This document shows, piece by piece, positions 1 to 10,658 of a stretch of DNA of 64,000 bases (position 1 is the stretch's first letter; the number at the start of each line of letters is the position of its first letter). Location: the NCBI GenBank assembly GCA_036679065.1, contig JAZIGN010000003.1, positions 448,001-512,000 of the forward strand, written 5' to 3'. Under the pieces are notes generated by a model, which was given only the letters and a program-made list of their open reading frames with translations, did not search any database and was not told where the DNA came from. The stretch is from Coprothermobacterota bacterium. Its GTDB lineage: Bacteria > Coprothermobacterota > Coprothermobacteria > Coprothermobacterales > Coprothermobacteraceae. The position numbers and the translations under genes were made by a program.

Positions 1-12
1 GAGGTGGTTTTT

Positions 13-1584
13 TTGATTGGGCATGTTAACATTGTTCTTCACACTCACTTGCCCTGGGTAAAAAAAGCTGGGAAATGGCCCTTCGGCGAAGAATGGCTTT
101 ACCAAGCTATTTTTGATTCTTACATACCGCTAACGCAAACATTCTTGCAGCTCAGGGACCAAGGGTACAGCTTTAAGTTCACCATGAACATAACACCCGT
201 GCTTGGAGAGATGCTTTTGGATGAGTATCTACAGCAGGGCTTTGTGGATTATGCTAAAGAGTTTATAAAGTCCCTTGAAACAGACAAGACAGATGTGTCA
301 GAAGATTTGAAGCATTACTGGCTTGATTTGGCAAAAACGCGTCTAAACTTTTTTGAGTCAATTGAGAGAGATCTTCCAGGCATTTGGGAGGAACTCCAGG
401 ACCAAGGTTACTTGACGCTGATAACTAGTGGAGCTACTCATGGTTTTTTACCACTGTTAGGACGTGATGAGACAATCGATTTACAGGTGAAGACAGGAAT
501 TCTGTTCCATAACGGCACTTTTGGCAAGAAACCCAGGGGGTTTTGGCTTCCTGAATGTGCTTACAGGCCACGAACGTACCATGTAGCAGGTGGAGCTGTA
601 GTGTTAAGGCCGGGCATTGAAGAATTCTTGGATAAATACGGCATTGATTACACTTTTCTTGATAGCAAACCTTTTGAGAACTATGTTTCACCGGAGCCGT
701 GGATGACTGGAAAATCTGGTCAGTACAACCTGTTCCAGGCTTACCGTCTGAATAACAGCAACGTAGTCGGTTTTCCACGCCATGATCTGTTGTGCTCGCA
801 GGTGTGGTCCGCAGACTTTGGTTATCCGGGGGACGGTAGTTACATGGAATTTCATAAAAGAAGCTCCTACAGCGGTGCAAGATTCTGGAAGATAACCAAC
901 AAGAACATAGACTTCAAGGACAAGCAGCCTTATGATCCTTTGGCAGCTTTGAAAACAGTAGGCGGTCATGCCCATCATTATGCTAGCCGCATCGTTGGTG
1001 AACTGGCTGATTACTACAGTGAGTCACGTAAGGAGGGCATAGTGACGCTCACATTTGACACGGAGCTTTTTGGACACTGGTGGTTTGAAGGTCCTAAATT
1101 CTTGGAGTTTCTCGTTAAGGAGCTTGCTGAGGCACCTGTGGGATGGACTTCTGGTGAGGATTATTTGGACAATTATTCTGTAGATGCTCGTTGTTTTCTT
1201 GGAGAGACCTCTTGGGGTGAAGGTGGACACTACCGCGTTTGGTTCAACCCAGATGTGGAGTGGATGTGGCCGCAGATTTACGAAGCTGAGAACATTGCAT
1301 ATAGAGCCCTGAAAGCTGGCAAAAATGTTGCTGATGATAGACTTTTGAAGCAGCTTATGAGAGAAGTTCTTTTGCTAACTGCCTCTGACTGGCAGTTCCT
1401 TATTACTACGGGCGGTGCTGTGGATTATGCCAAAGAACGTTTTGCCTTTCATCTGGCAAATGTGATGGACTTAGCTAGCGCCATATTGAACAAGGAGCCG
1501 TTTGATGAAGAGCGTTTGATGGATCTCCAAGACAGGGATAGTCTTTTCTATTTCCTTTCTCCGGAGCTGGTGGATCTTGGGTAG
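13..1584 (+). CDS. GH57 family 1,4-alpha-glucan branching enzyme (DUF1957 type)
   Basis: HTHLP (CSR-1), WLPECAY nucleophile, FDTELFGHWW acid/base, ASDWQF. Likely TTG start at 13 after SD GAGGTG (1-6); ORF track starts at 4. Confidence 0.9.
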   Translation: MIGHVNIVLHTHLPWVKKAGKWPFGEEWLYQAIFDSYIPLTQTFLQLRDQGYSFKFTMNITPVLGEMLLDEYLQQGFVDYAKEFIKSLETDKTDVSEDLKHYWLDLAKTRLNFFESIERDLPGIWEELQDQGYLTLITSGATHGFLPLLGRDETIDLQVKTGILFHNGTFGKKPRGFWLPECAYRPRTYHVAGGAVVLRPGIEEFLDKYGIDYTFLDSKPFENYVSPEPWMTGKSGQYNLFQAYRLNNSNVVGFPRHDLLCSQVWSADFGYPGDGSYMEFHKRSSYSGARFWKITNKNIDFKDKQPYDPLAALKTVGGHAHHYASRIVGELADYYSESRKEGIVTLTFDTELFGHWWFEGPKFLEFLVKELAEAPVGWTSGEDYLDNYSVDARCFLGETSWGEGGHYRVWFNPDVEWMWPQIYEAENIAYRALKAGKNVADDRLLKQLMREVLLLTASDWQFLITTGGAVDYAKERFAFHLANVMDLASAILNKEPFDEERLMDLQDRDSLFYFLSPELVDLG

Positions 1585-3406
1585 GATTTACTTTAGCTGG
1601 GTCATTCATAACCATCAACCTGAAGGGAATTTCACTTGGGTAATGGATGAGGCCTATGAGAAATCTTACAAACCATTCCTAGATTTTTTGAAGCACTCCG
1701 GGCTCAAGGCTGCTCTGCATAACAGTGGCACTCTTTGGGAGTATTTTGACTTGCATGCTCCAGACTATGTTGATAACGTGACTAGCATGGTTGACAAAGG
1801 TCAATTGGAACTTATTGGAGGAACGTTTTTTGAAGCCATACTATCTACCATTCCTGATGATGACAAGGTTAATCAGTTAAAGCTTCTAAGAGATTTCGTG
1901 GAGAAAAAGTTTCAGACTCCCGTAAATGGAGCATGGGTCACTGAAAGGGTTTGGGAACCTCACTTTCCAAAGTTTTACAACGAAGCTGGTTACCATTATG
2001 TGTTCTTGGATGATTATCATTTCACGCAGGCAGGCGAACCTATGCCGCTGCAGGGCTATTACCTTACTGAAGATCAAGGTTACCAGCTTTTTGTATTTCC
2101 CATTGACAAGAAACTTAGGTATTTGATACCTTGGCACAGTCCTGAGGAAGTGCTGAATTACTTGAAGGCATTCTCTAGTGAATGCGGGGATGTTTACATA
2201 CTTTACGCGGACGATGGAGAAAAATTTGGCTTGTGGCAAGGAACACATGAACTATGTTATGAAGAAAAATACTTAGATAAGCTCCTGTCTACCCTTTTGC
2301 AGGGTGGTGTGGAAATAATACTACCTGGCGAAGTTTTGGAGAAAACAAATTGTAGTGGATTAGTTTACTTACCTACATGCACATACCCTGAAATGGCTGA
2401 ATGGAGCTTAGATGAGGCATCTTACGAGCGTTACAGACAGGTAAAAGAAAAACTGACAGAGTCTGAAGCCATATGGCTTCATGGTGGTTTTTGGCGTCGT
2501 TTTCTTAAGAGCCATCCTGAGTCTCGGTGGATGTATGGTAGAGTGGTTTCACTTTCCCGCTATTTGAACAACCTTGCCCCTCGGCATCCAAGGAAAAACA
2601 AGGCGCTCATGGAACTTTATAGAGCGGAAGCTAACGATGTTTTTTGGCACGGTGTTTTCGGTGGGCTGTATTTAAGTCATCTCCGTCGAAACCTGTACCA
2701 TAGACTCATAAAAGCAATAACTACTGCAGACGGAACAAAGAAGAGTTACATTGATCTGCAGGATTTTGATTTGGATGGAAGTGAAGAACTTAAGGTTGCC
2801 AATGATACTTATCATGTTTTTGTAGAACCACAAACAGCTTCTATAAGGGAATTTGATCTGTTGCGGGCGGAAGAGAATATGCTGGACGTGCTTGACCCCA
2901 AAGGCGAAGTTCACGGTTTATTCTTGGACAAGTGGCATGGACATGCTGTAAATTACACGATCGCTACACGAGAGTTAAAACCTGCGAAACTGGTCTTTCA
3001 CCCTGAGAACGATCTGTTGTTGGAAAAGGTTTTCACCTTTGAGTCAGGTTTCTTGGAAGTAACCTACAAGTTTTTGAAGGAAAGTGAATTTGTAGTAGAG
3101 ATTCCTGTGAATCTTTGGAATCCAAGTGCCGAGGTCACTGCAGGTAACCAAGCTTTGCCATTAAATGAAGAAGCTCAAATTATGAATGTCCAAGACTTGC
3201 ATTGGGATGTTGGGGTGGAACACATTGATTTGGTTTTCTCAAAGAGAATAAACATTAAATTGGAGCCCATTCAAATACTTCACGAAAGTGGGCTTTTTAA
3301 GGAGGTAACTTATCAAGGTACAATTGTTACAGCTCAATCTAATGCCCGTGGCGGGGAAGAATTTAGTGCTAAGCTGTATGTGTCTGAAAAAACAGAGAGA
3401 GGATGA
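1577..3406 (+). CDS. GH57 alpha-amylase / 4-alpha-glucanotransferase
   Basis: HNHQP, WVTERVWEP nucleophile, DDGEKFG acid/base, NDVFWHGVFGGLY; C-terminal beta-rich domain; overlaps upstream stop. Confidence 0.88.
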   Translation: MGRIYFSWVIHNHQPEGNFTWVMDEAYEKSYKPFLDFLKHSGLKAALHNSGTLWEYFDLHAPDYVDNVTSMVDKGQLELIGGTFFEAILSTIPDDDKVNQLKLLRDFVEKKFQTPVNGAWVTERVWEPHFPKFYNEAGYHYVFLDDYHFTQAGEPMPLQGYYLTEDQGYQLFVFPIDKKLRYLIPWHSPEEVLNYLKAFSSECGDVYILYADDGEKFGLWQGTHELCYEEKYLDKLLSTLLQGGVEIILPGEVLEKTNCSGLVYLPTCTYPEMAEWSLDEASYERYRQVKEKLTESEAIWLHGGFWRRFLKSHPESRWMYGRVVSLSRYLNNLAPRHPRKNKALMELYRAEANDVFWHGVFGGLYLSHLRRNLYHRLIKAITTADGTKKSYIDLQDFDLDGSEELKVANDTYHVFVEPQTASIREFDLLRAEENMLDVLDPKGEVHGLFLDKWHGHAVNYTIATRELKPAKLVFHPENDLLLEKVFTFESGFLEVTYKFLKESEFVVEIPVNLWNPSAEVTAGNQALPLNEEAQIMNVQDLHWDVGVEHIDLVFSKRINIKLEPIQILHESGLFKEVTYQGTIVTAQSNARGGEEFSAKLYVSEKTERG

Positions 3407-3409
3407 GAA

Positions 3410-5056
3410 ATGGGAAATCTTTATTTAAGTTTTATCTGGCATAACCATCAACCTTACTACAAAGACCCTGACACGGGGAAGATGATTCTACCTTGGGTTA
3501 GGCTTCATGCAACGAAGGATTACCTGGATATGTTGCTTTTGAAAAGTAAGTATCCGAATGTAAAAGCTACATTTAATATGGTTCCTTCACTAGTTCGGCA
3601 ACTTGAAGAATACTGTGAAGGCAAAACAGATACGTATTTGGATCTTACAATGAAGCCAGCAGAATCTTTAACTGATGGGGAAAAACTTTTCATACTTAGA
3701 AACTTTTTTAAATCTGATTTTCGAAGGAAAATATCCAATTTCCCTCGATACGTGGAACTTTATACCAAGCGCTATTCACAGGATATCAATGAAAACTTGC
3801 ACCTTTGGACTACTCAAGAACTTCGCGACTTACAGCTTTTATTTAATTTAGCTTGGATAGACCCCCTTTATTACGAAGAATATCCCCATCTTCGTAGTAT
3901 AAGGGATAAAGGGCAGGATTTTTCACACGAGGACGTACTAGCTGTTGTTGATGTACAAATGAAGATCATAAAAAGATTGATTAACGATTACCGTGAAGCT
4001 AACGCAAATGGTGACGTTGACCTTATCTTTTCGCCTTTCTACCATCCCATTTTGCCCTTGATTTATGACACGCGAAGTGCAAGACGAGCTAGGGAAGATG
4101 TGCTGTTGCCTCACTTGATTCTGAACGCGCCGCAGGATGTAGAACTGCAACTTCGAAAAGGGTGGAATCAACACAAGGAGTTTTTCGGGAGAGCGCCCAG
4201 AGGTTTTTGGCCTTCGGAACAGTCGGTTTCTACAGAAGTGCTTGGTATTGCATCTGATTTGGGTATTACATGGGCTGTTACCGACGAACGTATTCTTGCA
4301 AAAACTCTTGGTATGGCATATTTCTCAAGGGCAGGAAGGGACGTGCCTGAACAGGCAGCCTTACTTTACAGGCCTTACAAGTTATCGCTATCCAACGGTA
4401 AAGAAATGATAATAGTATTTAGAGACCAAGTGCTGTCAGACCTTATTGGATTTGAATATGCTAAGTGGTTAGCAGTTGATGCTGTAAACGATTTCATGTC
4501 CAGGCTGGAAGCTATTTATGCGAAGGTGAAACACTTAGATGGTGATTACTTGGTCACGGTGGCCTTAGACGGAGAGAACTGCTGGGAGTATTACGAAAAT
4601 GACGGTTATGATTTCCTTTCAAGGCTTTATTCTGTGCTTAGCGATACTGAGTGGGTAGAAACAGTGACCATAAGCGATTTCATTGAAAAGCATGATAATT
4701 TTGGCAGGCTTTCTAACCTTACGACAGGATCCTGGATAAATGCGAATTTTGACATGTGGATAGGAGACCCATGCAAGAATAAGGCTTGGGATTATCTTAT
4801 TGCTGCTAGGATGCAAGTGGAGCTTGCCTTTAAGAAGTGCACTAATTTGGATGAAGAATTGAAGGATCAAGTTATGGAACAACTGCTTATTGCTGAAGGC
4901 TCTGACTGGTTCTGGTGGTATGGAAAACCGAATGAGTCCCCAGATAAGCCAATTTTTGATGAGCTCTTTAGGAAGAATTTAAAGAAAATCTATGAACTCA
5001 TGGAGGAAGAAGTTCCACAGTTCCTAAGTGAGCCTATAGTTGACAGGAGGTGTTAA
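3410..5056 (+). CDS. GH57 amylopullulanase-type glycoside hydrolase
   Basis: WHNHQPYY, LPWVRLHATKDY, WPSEQ, LDGENCWE, AEGSDWFWW motifs; no signal peptide seen. Confidence 0.88.
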   Translation: MGNLYLSFIWHNHQPYYKDPDTGKMILPWVRLHATKDYLDMLLLKSKYPNVKATFNMVPSLVRQLEEYCEGKTDTYLDLTMKPAESLTDGEKLFILRNFFKSDFRRKISNFPRYVELYTKRYSQDINENLHLWTTQELRDLQLLFNLAWIDPLYYEEYPHLRSIRDKGQDFSHEDVLAVVDVQMKIIKRLINDYREANANGDVDLIFSPFYHPILPLIYDTRSARRAREDVLLPHLILNAPQDVELQLRKGWNQHKEFFGRAPRGFWPSEQSVSTEVLGIASDLGITWAVTDERILAKTLGMAYFSRAGRDVPEQAALLYRPYKLSLSNGKEMIIVFRDQVLSDLIGFEYAKWLAVDAVNDFMSRLEAIYAKVKHLDGDYLVTVALDGENCWEYYENDGYDFLSRLYSVLSDTEWVETVTISDFIEKHDNFGRLSNLTTGSWINANFDMWIGDPCKNKAWDYLIAARMQVELAFKKCTNLDEELKDQVMEQLLIAEGSDWFWWYGKPNESPDKPIFDELFRKNLKKIYELMEEEVPQFLSEPIVDRRC

Positions 5057-5061
5057 GAGCA

Positions 5062-6030
5062 ATGACCATGGAAGAAATGGCAGAATCTTTTCCAGAGTGG
5101 CTTTTAGAAGCCGAGGAACTTACAAAACACTTACCTTTTGAGGAGATGAGTAGAAAACTCATAGTTGGTGCCATGGGTGGGTCGGCGATTGGAGCTGATT
5201 TTGTGAACACTGCCTACTATGACGTGCTACCGCCCATACCAGTGATTAGGGACTACCGACTGCCCTTTTGGATAGGCGATGGGACATTTATTGCCTCAAG
5301 TTATTCCGGCAACACAGAAGAGACGCTTACACTGATGAGCGAGGCGGTAAAGCGTAAGCTACAGATTGTAGGTGTTTCATCGGATGGGGAAGTAGAGAAA
5401 TACTGTTTGGAGCATAACAGACCTTTCGTAAAACTACCTGCTGGTTTGCCTCCACGTATGGCTTTGCCTTACTCGGCCCGGGTCATATCTGTTTTTGTTG
5501 AAAACCTCCATGGCATTAAGCTGCCCTGGAAAGAAGCAGTGGCGTTTCTTAAGAAAAACATGAACGTTATGAAGGACGAAGCGCAGGCGATTGCTGAGAA
5601 GTTGGCAAATACTGATGCTGTTTACGTGTTTTCTTCCCAACGTGACTATGTTTTGTCAATGCGTTTCGCTGGAGAGATCTCTGAGAACGCCAAAGAGGTG
5701 GCAGGTTTTCTTTACATGACTGAAGCAAACCACAACTTTTTACAGGGGTTTCAACATGGGGCCAGTCCTAAAGTGGGCATAGTTGTCTATGAAGACACTG
5801 AAAAGTATGAACGCATAGAACTGCAATCTTCTTTCTTGCTAAGAAAGGCAGAGGAAAATGGTTCTCCTGCTGTTAAAATAGGGCTAAAAGGTGAAACTAG
5901 ATTGGAAAGACTTCTTTATGGTGTTCTAGTCGGGGACTTTGCTTCCATTTACATGGCTGAGAAGAAAGGCATTGATCCTATGCCCGTACATATTATTACT
6001 GAACTGAAGACCTTTTTGAAGAACGCATGA
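5062..6030 (+). CDS. bifunctional phosphoglucose/phosphomannose isomerase (SIS domain)
   Basis: MGGSAIG, SSYSGNTEET, PPR, ENAK, EANHN. SD AGGAGGTG at 5045-5052 favours ATG 5062. Confidence 0.85.
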   Translation: MTMEEMAESFPEWLLEAEELTKHLPFEEMSRKLIVGAMGGSAIGADFVNTAYYDVLPPIPVIRDYRLPFWIGDGTFIASSYSGNTEETLTLMSEAVKRKLQIVGVSSDGEVEKYCLEHNRPFVKLPAGLPPRMALPYSARVISVFVENLHGIKLPWKEAVAFLKKNMNVMKDEAQAIAEKLANTDAVYVFSSQRDYVLSMRFAGEISENAKEVAGFLYMTEANHNFLQGFQHGASPKVGIVVYEDTEKYERIELQSSFLLRKAEENGSPAVKIGLKGETRLERLLYGVLVGDFASIYMAEKKGIDPMPVHIITELKTFLKNA

Positions 6031-6524
6031 TAACGTGGATGGGTACACTTCTGTGGGCCTTGAGCTCGTTGTTTTTGGGCTACTGGGGTGTACCCATAGC
6101 TGTCATTACTTTCTTGGGGTGTGTGGCCGGCTGGGCCTGGAAAGGGGTAGCCGTCGAAATAGCTGTCGATACTGGCCTATTCCAAAATCAGGCCGAGTTT
6201 TTTTCAAAGCTTCCATTGGGCGTGGTACAGTCGATGGCTCCTGAAATCAGGTCAGCTGTAGCTTATGCTTTAATAGCTTTTGTTGCTGTGTCTGTGATTG
6301 CCGTTTTAATTTTGTTTTTTGCAGCCTGTGCGTTTAAGGTTCACACAAAAAGCCCAAGAACGTGGTCTAGCACGTTAGTTAGCTTGATTGTGGGATTTGT
6401 AGTGGGTTTTGTTTTCGTAGGCATATGCGGCTTGTCGCTCAAAGCTCTGGGATACGCAGTACCGGTTGCTGATAATGCCTTGTTGCAGTACTTTTTCTCA
6501 GTTCTTATCAAGACTCTTGCTTAA
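6027..6524 (+). CDS. hypothetical membrane protein (possibly CvpA-like)
   Basis: 165-aa hydrophobic ORF with about 4 TM segments; ATGA overlap with upstream gene. Confidence 0.6.
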   Translation: MITWMGTLLWALSSLFLGYWGVPIAVITFLGCVAGWAWKGVAVEIAVDTGLFQNQAEFFSKLPLGVVQSMAPEIRSAVAYALIAFVAVSVIAVLILFFAACAFKVHTKSPRTWSSTLVSLIVGFVVGFVFVGICGLSLKALGYAVPVADNALLQYFFSVLIKTLA

Positions 6525-6571
6525 ATAACTCTGTCTTGCTATGTATATACGGTATGGAGGTGAACAAGGAT

Positions 6572-7693
6572 ATGGAAAGTTTATATGAGGAACCTCAAGT
6601 GCAACCGGATTTTCCGAAGAGGGAAAAAAGCATTTGGGCCAGGGTTTTGACTGCAGCTCTGCTAGTAGCAGTAGTGTTTGTTTCAGGATTGGTAGGTTAT
6701 GCTTACGGCTATAGCCAAAAACCTGATGTAACCGCAGGCCCAGTGGTGGTTACCACGTCAGAAACTTCGAGTACAGCCAGCAATCTGTTGGTTAGTTTAC
6801 AAAACCAGATTGAACTTGTAGCAGATCGGGCATCGGACGCCGTGGTCAATATTCAAACAGAATCAATCTCCTATGATCTTTGGTTTCAGGCGGTTCCTTC
6901 TCAGGGATTGGGATCTGGGTTCTTCATAAGTAGTGATGGTTACGTACTCACGAATAATCATGTGATTGAGGGAGCTAGAAGCATAACCGTAATTACGCGA
7001 GACGGCAAGCGTTACACAGCGAAAGTAGTAGGCAGCGATCAGCTTTCTGATTTAGCCGTGTTAAAAGTAGATATTTCGGGCGCCAAATTCTTAAGTTTTA
7101 GGAGTACCGACACAGTAAAAGTAGGCGAATTTGTAGTGGCTATTGGTAACCCGCTGGGACTTAGCCATTCAGTTACATTTGGTGTGCTTTCCGCAAAAGA
7201 GCGAAGTATCCAAGAGCCCAATGGTGCGCTTATTGTTGACATGCTCCAGACCGATGCTGCCATTAATCCCGGAAACTCAGGAGGGCCTCTTTTGGATCTG
7301 AATGGTAAGGTAGTAGGTATTAATACTGCTATTAGTACTGAAGGCCAAGGCATAGGTTTTGCCGTATCTGCTGACACAGCCGTAAAGGTAGTCAACGATC
7401 TGATTCAACATGGTTATGTAAGGTGGGCTTATTTGGGTGTGGTTACTCGAGATACGTCCACAGATGACGGTGTTGTAGTAGTGGACATGGACGCAAATGG
7501 TCCGGCATACAAAGCGGGTGTAAAAGTTGGTGACAAAATAGTATCTCTCGATGGCCAAGCTGTCAGAAATCAGCAAGATCTTAATAGCTTAATTAGGAAG
7601 AGAAACCCTGGTGACAAAATAGTTGTTACTGTGAACAGATCAGGACAAAACTTGAATATTACGGTGACTCTTGGAGAGAGGCCTAAAAGCTGA
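6572..7693 (+). CDS. htrA: HtrA/DegP family serine protease with PDZ domain
   Basis: N-terminal TM, GSGF, TNNHV, DLAVL, QTDAAINPGNSGGPL, C-terminal PDZ; SD GGAGGTG upstream. Confidence 0.93.
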   Translation: MESLYEEPQVQPDFPKREKSIWARVLTAALLVAVVFVSGLVGYAYGYSQKPDVTAGPVVVTTSETSSTASNLLVSLQNQIELVADRASDAVVNIQTESISYDLWFQAVPSQGLGSGFFISSDGYVLTNNHVIEGARSITVITRDGKRYTAKVVGSDQLSDLAVLKVDISGAKFLSFRSTDTVKVGEFVVAIGNPLGLSHSVTFGVLSAKERSIQEPNGALIVDMLQTDAAINPGNSGGPLLDLNGKVVGINTAISTEGQGIGFAVSADTAVKVVNDLIQHGYVRWAYLGVVTRDTSTDDGVVVVDMDANGPAYKAGVKVGDKIVSLDGQAVRNQQDLNSLIRKRNPGDKIVVTVNRSGQNLNITVTLGERPKS

Positions 7694-7848
7694 TAATCAT
7701 TACGATTTTTAAAGATTGAAATAGCATTGTGAAGTTTTTTTGCGGAAAATCGCGAAATATATAGCTTTTGTAGTTGCGTTGTGGACTAAGTATGGTAAAA
7801 TACTAAGCTGCATTGAAATACATCAAAAATAGAAGGGAGTGGTGGTAG

Positions 7849-8274
7849 GTGAACACCATCGGTCGTCACTTTATTGTTGAAGCATCAAGATGCAATCCTG
7901 ATGTGCTAAATGACATCGATAGAATTGAAGGCATTTTGGTAGAAGCAGCTCGCCAGGCAAATGCAACCGTGGTGACTTCTACCTTTCACCATTTCTACCC
8001 GCAGGGTGTGAGTGGTGTAGTAGTGGTCTCCGAGTCTCATTTGGCCATACATACGTGGCCCGAGAAGGGTTATGCCGCTCTGGACATTTATACATGCGGT
8101 GACACCACGGACCCTCAGAAAGCCGTGGACTACGTTGTCAGCTCTCTGGGAGCGAAGGAAGTTGTGGAAACCTTCGTTCTAAGGGGCGTTGAACAAAGTG
8201 ATGCATTTACGCACGTGATGACAACTTCACAAGAGAGGGAAGATGAGGGTGAAAAACTGGCTGTGGTTCTCTGA
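7849..8274 (+). CDS. speD: pyruvoyl-dependent S-adenosylmethionine decarboxylase proenzyme
   Basis: GVSGVVVVSESHLAIHTWPE self-cleavage motif, DIYTCG; adjacent to speE. Confidence 0.9.
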   Translation: MNTIGRHFIVEASRCNPDVLNDIDRIEGILVEAARQANATVVTSTFHHFYPQGVSGVVVVSESHLAIHTWPEKGYAALDIYTCGDTTDPQKAVDYVVSSLGAKEVVETFVLRGVEQSDAFTHVMTTSQEREDEGEKLAVVL

Positions 8275-9187
8275 TTTTTTCAGCTCTTCTGAGGTACACT
8301 TGCACGGGTTTACCGAGCATTTGCTGGAGAAAACTACACGCTTTCAAGATATTGACATAGTCGATACGCCTTTCTTTGGTCGCATGCTCATCATCGATGG
8401 AGACGTTCAGTCTAGCGAAAAGGATGAATTCATTTATCATGAAGCCATGGTTCATCCAGCCATGCTACTCCACCCGCATCCAAGAAGAGTTTTGATTATG
8501 GGCGGAGGAGAAGGTGCGACTGCCCGTGAAGTGCTTAAGCACAAAACAGTGGAAGAGCTTTACATGGTGGACATAGATGAAGATATGATAGCGGCAGCAA
8601 GAGAGTTTTTAACGTCTTGGCATCAAGGAGCCTTCGATGATCCACGCATGCATCTCATATTCGATGACGCAAGAAAGGTCGTTGAGAATTTCGAGAATGG
8701 TTCGCTGAATGTTGTTATAAGTGACCTTACAGAACCTTTTGAGATGGGCCCTTCATTTCCGCTTTTCACTAAGCAGTTTGCACAAGTGGTTTACGATAAA
8801 CTCGATGACCAAGGGGTCTACGTGGTACAATCTTCTATTTTGCGACCTTCGATCTACACCATGCACGCTGCCATTAGAAGGACCTTGCAGGCTGTTTTCC
8901 CTGTGGTGAGATCATACGCTGTTTATGTGGAATCTTTTGATACACCTTGGTCTTTTATCATTGCTTCGAAAGGTAAAGACCCCATGGACTGGACGAGCGA
9001 AGAATTGCATGGTGCCATAAGAGAAAGAATAAGTGGAGAACTTAAGATGTATGATGCTGAATCTCATTGGCACATGTTCTATTTACCAAAGAACATAAGA
9101 GAGGCTATTGATGAGCCTGGCCCTATACTCGATGAAGAACATCCTATTTATTTGACGCGAAAAGGAGATATCTTACCTTATAAGTGA
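8243..9187 (+). CDS. speE: polyamine aminopropyltransferase (spermidine synthase)
   Basis: DGDVQSSEKDEFIYHE, GGGEGATAREVL, VDID, DLTEP. Confidence 0.92.
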   Translation: MRVKNWLWFSDFFSSSEVHLHGFTEHLLEKTTRFQDIDIVDTPFFGRMLIIDGDVQSSEKDEFIYHEAMVHPAMLLHPHPRRVLIMGGGEGATAREVLKHKTVEELYMVDIDEDMIAAAREFLTSWHQGAFDDPRMHLIFDDARKVVENFENGSLNVVISDLTEPFEMGPSFPLFTKQFAQVVYDKLDDQGVYVVQSSILRPSIYTMHAAIRRTLQAVFPVVRSYAVYVESFDTPWSFIIASKGKDPMDWTSEELHGAIRERISGELKMYDAESHWHMFYLPKNIREAIDEPGPILDEEHPIYLTRKGDILPYK

Positions 9188-9293
9188 AACAAGGCAGTAC
9201 GTACATGCACATGACAAATAGAAAAAAGATGCTTCAGGAGAAAAGTGCCGCCTACAAGGGGCAGTGTTGGTAAGACAGTAAAATTGAGTTTTC

Positions 9294-9333
9294 GTGGAAC
9301 AGGCATGATTTCGGTCATGCCTGTTCCACTTTT
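9294..9333 (+). terminator. intrinsic terminator after speD-speE
   Basis: 15-bp perfect stem GTGGAACAGGCATGA / TCATGCCTGTTCCAC around tTTCGg loop, followed by TTTT. Confidence 0.8.
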
Positions 9334-9530
9334 ATAAGCTCCCCCTCGGCTTTTTTATTCTTAGTGTTGAGACTACTTCGCCTCATTCATTCTTTCTTTT
9401 CTTCTCCCATTGCAAGAACTGCAAGAGGATTAGCACGAGCGGCGATTGCCACTGATTTCCATTTAGGAAATGCCACTTGCAATATCGGGTGTCGGCGGTT
9501 TGAGGTTGTCTGCCATTGAAATTCCTATAC

Positions 9531-10658
9531 TTATCTTGTGAACAACTCAATAGATTTTAAGTATTTACCCTCGCCAACATGTAAGTTCGGTTCTTGGACG
9601 ATTCCTCTGGACACAAGTTCTTCATTCAACATACCAAAGAGAATGTGGTACACTTCATTGGCAACTTCTTCTTTGGGTACACCATGTTGACGGCAATAGA
9701 GTTGGAACATGATAGGAGAGTTGCCTAGCACCTTCCTTATGTCGTCTCCAATACAGCCAATCACTATTTTAGTCAGTTCCTCAACAACATTCTTGGCACT
9801 CTGGTGAAATACGGGCACGGCGTATTGACCGCCAGATATGTATCCAAAGGCTTCAAACAGTCGCATACAATTCTCATCACAGCTTCCAGTTTCATCGAAA
9901 ATCTGGAGTTCGTTTAGGATGTGTGCCCTATAGTCATTGCAGGTAGCAGCATCCCATATCATTTCGATCTGCTTTGATACATGAGGAACTGCGCCCAACA
10001 GTTTTTGACAAGAGAAGCGGTAAAAGTCAATTCTACTTCCATCAGCATCCCCGAAAGATTGCAGTGCTCGTGTGCCGTCGGAAAAGCGGTTATAGGAGCA
10101 CAGCAGATGGTTTGAGAAGCTGTCCAACTCCGGACATTTCTCATACACCGTGATAATATAGTCAATACCAGAGGAATGGAAGCGAGAAGTCACAAGCTGA
10201 TTGTGTTTGCTTAAATAGTCAAAAAGACTACCGTCAAATACAGCTCCACACAACAAGTGATACAGATTTGTTTTTTCATCAAATCCATTCTCAATGGAAC
10301 TGACACAGGCATAAAATTCTGATTTCTTTTCACAAAGTTTGTCAGCTAAACTTGAGATCTCCGTTCCTAAACAGTCAAAAATGCTCTGGATATCCTCATG
10401 CACAATGACGGTAGAGTCCAGCAAAAGCATATCATTCTCAACCCGAAACAAACCAATATGAATTAAGTCGTTGATTTGCTGGGGTTTGTATTGACTGCAC
10501 ATTTCATGGTAGTCGCACGCAAAGGGCGTTGTATTTACCACATCAGACAATATGTTATCACTGGAACTATTCAGATAGCTTCGAGGGTTATCGCCAGTGG
10601 GCACACTTGCAGAATCAAAATTCTCAAACAAGAAGTAATCGAAATTTCTTTGCTTCAT
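9531..10658 (-). CDS. hypothetical protein (Cys-rich, likely horizontally acquired)
   Basis: 375-aa ORF coupled by ATGA overlap to upstream gene; no family recognised. Confidence 0.7.
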   Translation of the reverse strand: MKQRNFDYFLFENFDSASVPTGDNPRSYLNSSSDNILSDVVNTTPFACDYHEMCSQYKPQQINDLIHIGLFRVENDMLLLDSTVIVHEDIQSIFDCLGTEISSLADKLCEKKSEFYACVSSIENGFDEKTNLYHLLCGAVFDGSLFDYLSKHNQLVTSRFHSSGIDYIITVYEKCPELDSFSNHLLCSYNRFSDGTRALQSFGDADGSRIDFYRFSCQKLLGAVPHVSKQIEMIWDAATCNDYRAHILNELQIFDETGSCDENCMRLFEAFGYISGGQYAVPVFHQSAKNVVEELTKIVIGCIGDDIRKVLGNSPIMFQLYCRQHGVPKEEVANEVYHILFGMLNEELVSRGIVQEPNLHVGEGKYLKSIELFTR

